A DNA stretch of 32,000 nt from Geobacter metallireducens GS-15 (GTDB lineage: Bacteria; Desulfobacterota; Desulfuromonadia; Geobacterales; Geobacteraceae): contig NC_007517.1 in assembly GCF_000012925.1 (NCBI RefSeq), positions 1,590,001 to 1,622,000 of the forward strand. Reading direction: 5' to 3'. Under the pieces are notes generated by a model. The model saw nothing but the letters and a program-made list of their open reading frames with translations, had not been told where the DNA came from and did no database searches. The position numbers were made by a program, and so were the translations under genes. The first letter of the stretch is position 1. Each line of letters begins with the position of its first letter. Below are positions 29,457 through 32,000 of this stretch, piece after piece.

Positions 29457-30728
29457 CATCGCCGGCACGAAATTCGAGTCCGGCAACCCCATTGACGAAA
29501 AAAGATCGAGCCGCGGGAAGACCCCGCCGGTGCGCTGGTCGGTCACCGGTTTTCCCGAGGAAATGAGACGGGAGATGAGCTGGTCCGGCGTTTCATTGGG
29601 GTATTGGGCCTTCAGTACCGCCACGGAACCCGCCACGTGGGGCGCCGCCTGGGACGTCCCGCCCATGGTCGAGCCGGCGGCAGTGATGAATGCCCCCGGC
29701 GCCAGCATGTTGAGGAACGTGGCGGTGTTCGACATGCAGGGGACCTTGTCGGCACCGCTGGTCGCGTCGGTGCAGGCGGTCCACTTGATCCCTCCCACGT
29801 TCGCGTCGTACACCGCACCCACCGACACCGCGGCCGGGGTGCAGGCGGGGCGTGAGATGCCGTCTGTATACCCTTCGTTCCCTGCCGAGATGACTGTCAC
29901 GATTCCCGCGCTCTTGGCGTTATTGATGGGGGTCACGTAGGGATTGGTCCCCCTGTTGCTGCATGCTGCGGTGTTGCGGCTACCATCCCCCAGGCTCATG
30001 TTGATGGCCACAATATTGTACGTTGCCCGGTTTGAAATGGCCCAGTTGATTCCTGCGATAACCAGGGCATCGGAAGAGGTGCCGTCGGGATTGAACACGT
30101 CGAGAACGGCTAGTTTCGCACCGGGAGCGACACCGGCGACAATACCGGCCACGTTGGTGCCGTGGCCCAGGTCGTCCAGGGCGTTGTCGTTGGTGGCAAT
30201 ATCCACCGATGCCGCCACCTTGCAGTCGGCCGGAACCCCCGGCGCGGTGCAGGAGCCGAAGGCCGGCAGCGTATAGTTTATCCCGCTGTCGATTATCGCC
30301 ACGGTTGTGCCGCTGCCGGTTTTCCCGATGGCGGCGAGTGGGGGCTGGCCGATGAGGGGGAGGCTCTCGGCGAGATGGGGCCGGAGGACGCGGTTTTCGT
30401 ACACAGCCTGGATGCCGGGAGCCGTCAGGAGACGGTCAAGGGCCTTTGTGGATCGAATTCTGGCGAAGAGCATCGGCAGGTGGGAGTAATCTGTTACCAC
30501 CTCTCCCCCCTCGGCCCTGAGTGCGCCGATAACGTGGGATTTGGCAATGGCACCCTCATCGAGCAGGATCAGCATCTCCTGGGGAGCGCCGGACGAAAGC
30601 CGTTGCCGCATGCCCGGTGGTTCAACGGGCGCAGCGGCAGCGACTGACGCGGGGCTTTGACTGAAAAGGGCGGCAAGGAATGTGGCGGCGAGGATTTTCC
30701 GGATGACGGGAAGACGATGTGCGGGCAT
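29388..30728 (-). CDS. Subtilisin-like serine protease (peptidase S8) with I9-type propeptide and a C-terminal exosortase-type sorting signal
   Basis: Catalytic triad in TVAIIDSGI (Asp), LGHGTNVAGIVAG (His) and GGTSQAAPHVAGSVAVL (Ser), with the oxyanion Asn in SAGNEG. The C-terminus VPAMSPWGIGLSAVFLGGALAVRRRS* is motif plus TM helix plus basic cluster. I prefer the start at MPAHRLPV... (30728, GGAGA RBS). In-frame alternatives are at 30740 and 30761. Confidence 0.92.
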   Translation of the reverse strand: MPAHRLPVIRKILAATFLAALFSQSPASVAAAAPVEPPGMRQRLSSGAPQEMLILLDEGAIAKSHVIGALRAEGGEVVTDYSHLPMLFARIRSTKALDRLLTAPGIQAVYENRVLRPHLAESLPLIGQPPLAAIGKTGSGTTVAIIDSGINYTLPAFGSCTAPGVPADCKVAASVDIATNDNALDDLGHGTNVAGIVAGVAPGAKLAVLDVFNPDGTSSDALVIAGINWAISNRATYNIVAINMSLGDGSRNTAACSNRGTNPYVTPINNAKSAGIVTVISAGNEGYTDGISRPACTPAAVSVGAVYDANVGGIKWTACTDATSGADKVPCMSNTATFLNMLAPGAFITAAGSTMGGTSQAAPHVAGSVAVLKAQYPNETPDQLISRLISSGKPVTDQRTGGVFPRLDLFSSMGLPDSNFVPAMSPWGIGLSAVFLGGALAVRRRS

Positions 30729-30842
30729 GACAGTCTCCATTTGGCGGGAGGATTGATTCATGCTTAAGAATGGCAGATGAAGTTCTCTTCGGTGTTACGA
30801 CGGGGCCGAAAGTGTGTGAATGTGCGTGGATTTTGGGTGGGA

Positions 30843-30865
30843 GCGGCCCCTGTGACAGGGGCCGC
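30843..30865 (-). other. GC-rich hairpin between the PEP-CTERM protein gene and the protease gene
   Basis: GCGGCCCCT-GTGAC-AGGGGCCGC is a perfect 9-bp stem 9 nt downstream of the PEP-CTERM gene stop. No U-tract follows on the minus strand, so it is a partial terminator or processing/stability element rather than a canonical terminator. Confidence 0.4.
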
Positions 30866-30873
30866 CATGGAGG

Positions 30874-31419
30874 TCAAGACTGGCGCTTGCGCCGGATGCC
30901 GGCGAGGCCCGCAAGTCCCGAGCCCATGAGGAAGAGGGCAGGGGGGACGGGGACGGTGGTGGCGTTGGCGGGTGTTATGACCGTAACGATCCCTGGGCCG
31001 CTTGGGGCGACCTCGGTGATAATAGGGGGGAGTGGTTGTTGGGTGAAGAATGCGCTCATGCTTCGTATGCTGCTTGAACCTATCGTCGCCATGCGGCTTC
31101 CGCCGGCGCCGAAGGTGTCCGATGTGTCGAAGAAGAATCCCTGGGAGTAGGAGAGTTGGGTGAAGGTAAAGTCCATGGGTTCCACGACGGTCACGATGCC
31201 GGTTTTTTCAGCTGGAGCAATGACGGTGATGATCCCCTTGTCCTTTCTATCTTCAATCGGATTGATGACAGTGAGAATGGCGTTGCCACCGCTCAGGCTC
31301 TGGTTCAGGCCGGGAAGCTTAACATCAGCGCTTGAGGAGAAATCGGTGTATGCCGCCAGGGCATTGCCGGCAAGTCCGAGCAGGAGGGCCGCGGCGATTG
31401 TGGCGGTGATTGTTTTCAT
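30874..31419 (-). CDS. PEP-CTERM sorting-domain protein with internal short repeats
   Basis: GGAGGAACC RBS plus ATG at 31419, and signal peptide MKTITATIAAALLLGLAGNALA. The C-terminus VPVPPALFLMGSGLAGLAGIRRKRQS* is PEP-like motif plus TM helix plus Arg/Lys cluster. Four copies of an x-I-[ILV]-T-V-[IV]-x-P motif are present. Confidence 0.85.
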   Translation of the reverse strand: MKTITATIAAALLLGLAGNALAAYTDFSSSADVKLPGLNQSLSGGNAILTVINPIEDRKDKGIITVIAPAEKTGIVTVVEPMDFTFTQLSYSQGFFFDTSDTFGAGGSRMATIGSSSIRSMSAFFTQQPLPPIITEVAPSGPGIVTVITPANATTVPVPPALFLMGSGLAGLAGIRRKRQS

Positions 31420-31442
31420 TGGTTCCTCCATGATCCGGAATG

Positions 31443-31472
31443 GAAAAAGAGGGGCCTCGGTCGAGGCCCCTC
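31443..31472 (-). terminator. Rho-independent terminator after the PstS-like gene
   Basis: On the minus strand, GAGGGGCCTCGACCGAGGCCCCTC forms a 10-bp stem and is followed by TTTTTCC. It starts 26 nt downstream of the stop at 31498. Confidence 0.7.
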
Positions 31473-31497
31473 GAAGATACACCGCAGGTGGGCGGGG

Positions 31498-32000
31498 TTA
31501 GGGAAGCTGCGGGTTGATGGCACCGAGAAGATAAGGATACTCGGCTTCAGAGCCCTTGAAGAACTTCATCTCGTCCTTGGTGGCCCAGTACTTGGCCTTG
31601 GTGGCGGGGACGTTGGCCGGGCTGGAGGCGTAAGCTACCAGAGCGTCGACTACCGGGCGCTGTGCAAGGGAGGTGCGGGCAGCGTCCTCATAGACCCACT
31701 GGGTGGTCCAGAAATCGTAGACGCCGTTGCGGATGCTGTAGCGGGTACCGAAGTGGCCGTTGTACTTGACAGCCTTCACGTTCTGGCTGGTGCCGGCCGC
31801 ACCAACGGTCTGGTCGGCGTCTGCATAGCCTATGGCGCCGATTGCGGAGCCGGAGGGGGTTGCGGTGCTGTTACCGTTTACGCACTTGATGAGGTCGGTG
31901 GAGCCTTCGTTGAACCAGACGGCGCCGGGGTTCTCGAAGCTGGCGAGGCCACTACCCCAACCATTGCCGCGGACCACCGAGAAGTCGAGGGCTGCTGCTG
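31498..32000 (-). CDS. Periplasmic substrate-binding protein, PstS/PBP-like (3' part; the reading frame is open to the window edge)
   Basis: ...RGNGWGSGLASF...SAIGAIGYADADQ...VKAVKYNG...IRNGVYDFWT...VVDALVAYASSP... loosely follows the phosphate-binding-protein-like (PBP_like_2) motif order. The frame continues upstream of the track's GTG at 31977 (..AAALDFSVV..). The functional call is tentative. Confidence 0.55.
   Translation of the reverse strand, partial: AAALDFSVVRGNGWGSGLASFENPGAVWFNEGSTDLIKCVNGNSTATPSGSAIGAIGYADADQTVGAAGTSQNVKAVKYNGHFGTRYSIRNGVYDFWTTQWVYEDAARTSLAQRPVVDALVAYASSPANVPATKAKYWATKDEMKFFKGSEAEYPYLLGAINPQLP

Overview
High-GC (~60%) chromosomal window that looks like Geobacter/Desulfuromonadales. 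That assignment is an inference from gene content and an exact match to the published Geobacter LexA-box consensus upstream of lexA. Left to right: (1) The 3' end of apt, then tRNA-Arg(CCU), then a 440-bp lower-GC spacer. (2) A tightly packed housekeeping block of mutS, an AMIN-domain amidase, glnD, xerD and an archaeal-type phosphoglycerate mutase, with a convergent Slp lipoprotein gene. (3) The UDP-xylose pair ugd-uxs, then ftsB, an untracked Cys-rich 51-aa ORF, argS and a SPOR protein. (4) Initiator tRNA-fMet with its own promoter and terminator, followed by a small accessory-looking stretch: a 448-aa helical protein of unknown function, tiny membrane ORFs, a COG2426-like membrane protein and a GIY-YIG protein. 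(5) An SOS module, lexA - 84-aa unknown ORF - dinB, with start/stop spacing of 3 nt and a 4-nt overlap. (6) Two flavoproteins. (7) A decayed junction containing an SDR gene remnant. (8) A PEP-CTERM/exosortase-type exopolysaccharide locus: Wza-like exporter, beta-barrel protein, Wzz-like chain-length determinant, BY-kinase-like ATPase and an exosortase. It converges on a minus-strand set: a partial PstS-like binding protein, a PEP-CTERM repeat protein and an S8 protease. The most interesting material is at 28.4-31.5 kb. The exosortase is short and appears to be a tandem duplication whose second half lacks the catalytic Cys. Its 3' end overlaps antisense the C-terminal sorting-signal codons of the subtilisin-like protease. 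That signal resembles IPTLxxWG-CTERM rather than PEP-CTERM, while the next gene carries a canonical PEP-CTERM tail. No CRISPR array, rRNA or intact mobile element was seen. The many long antisense ORFs in the track are GC-driven shadows of the real genes.
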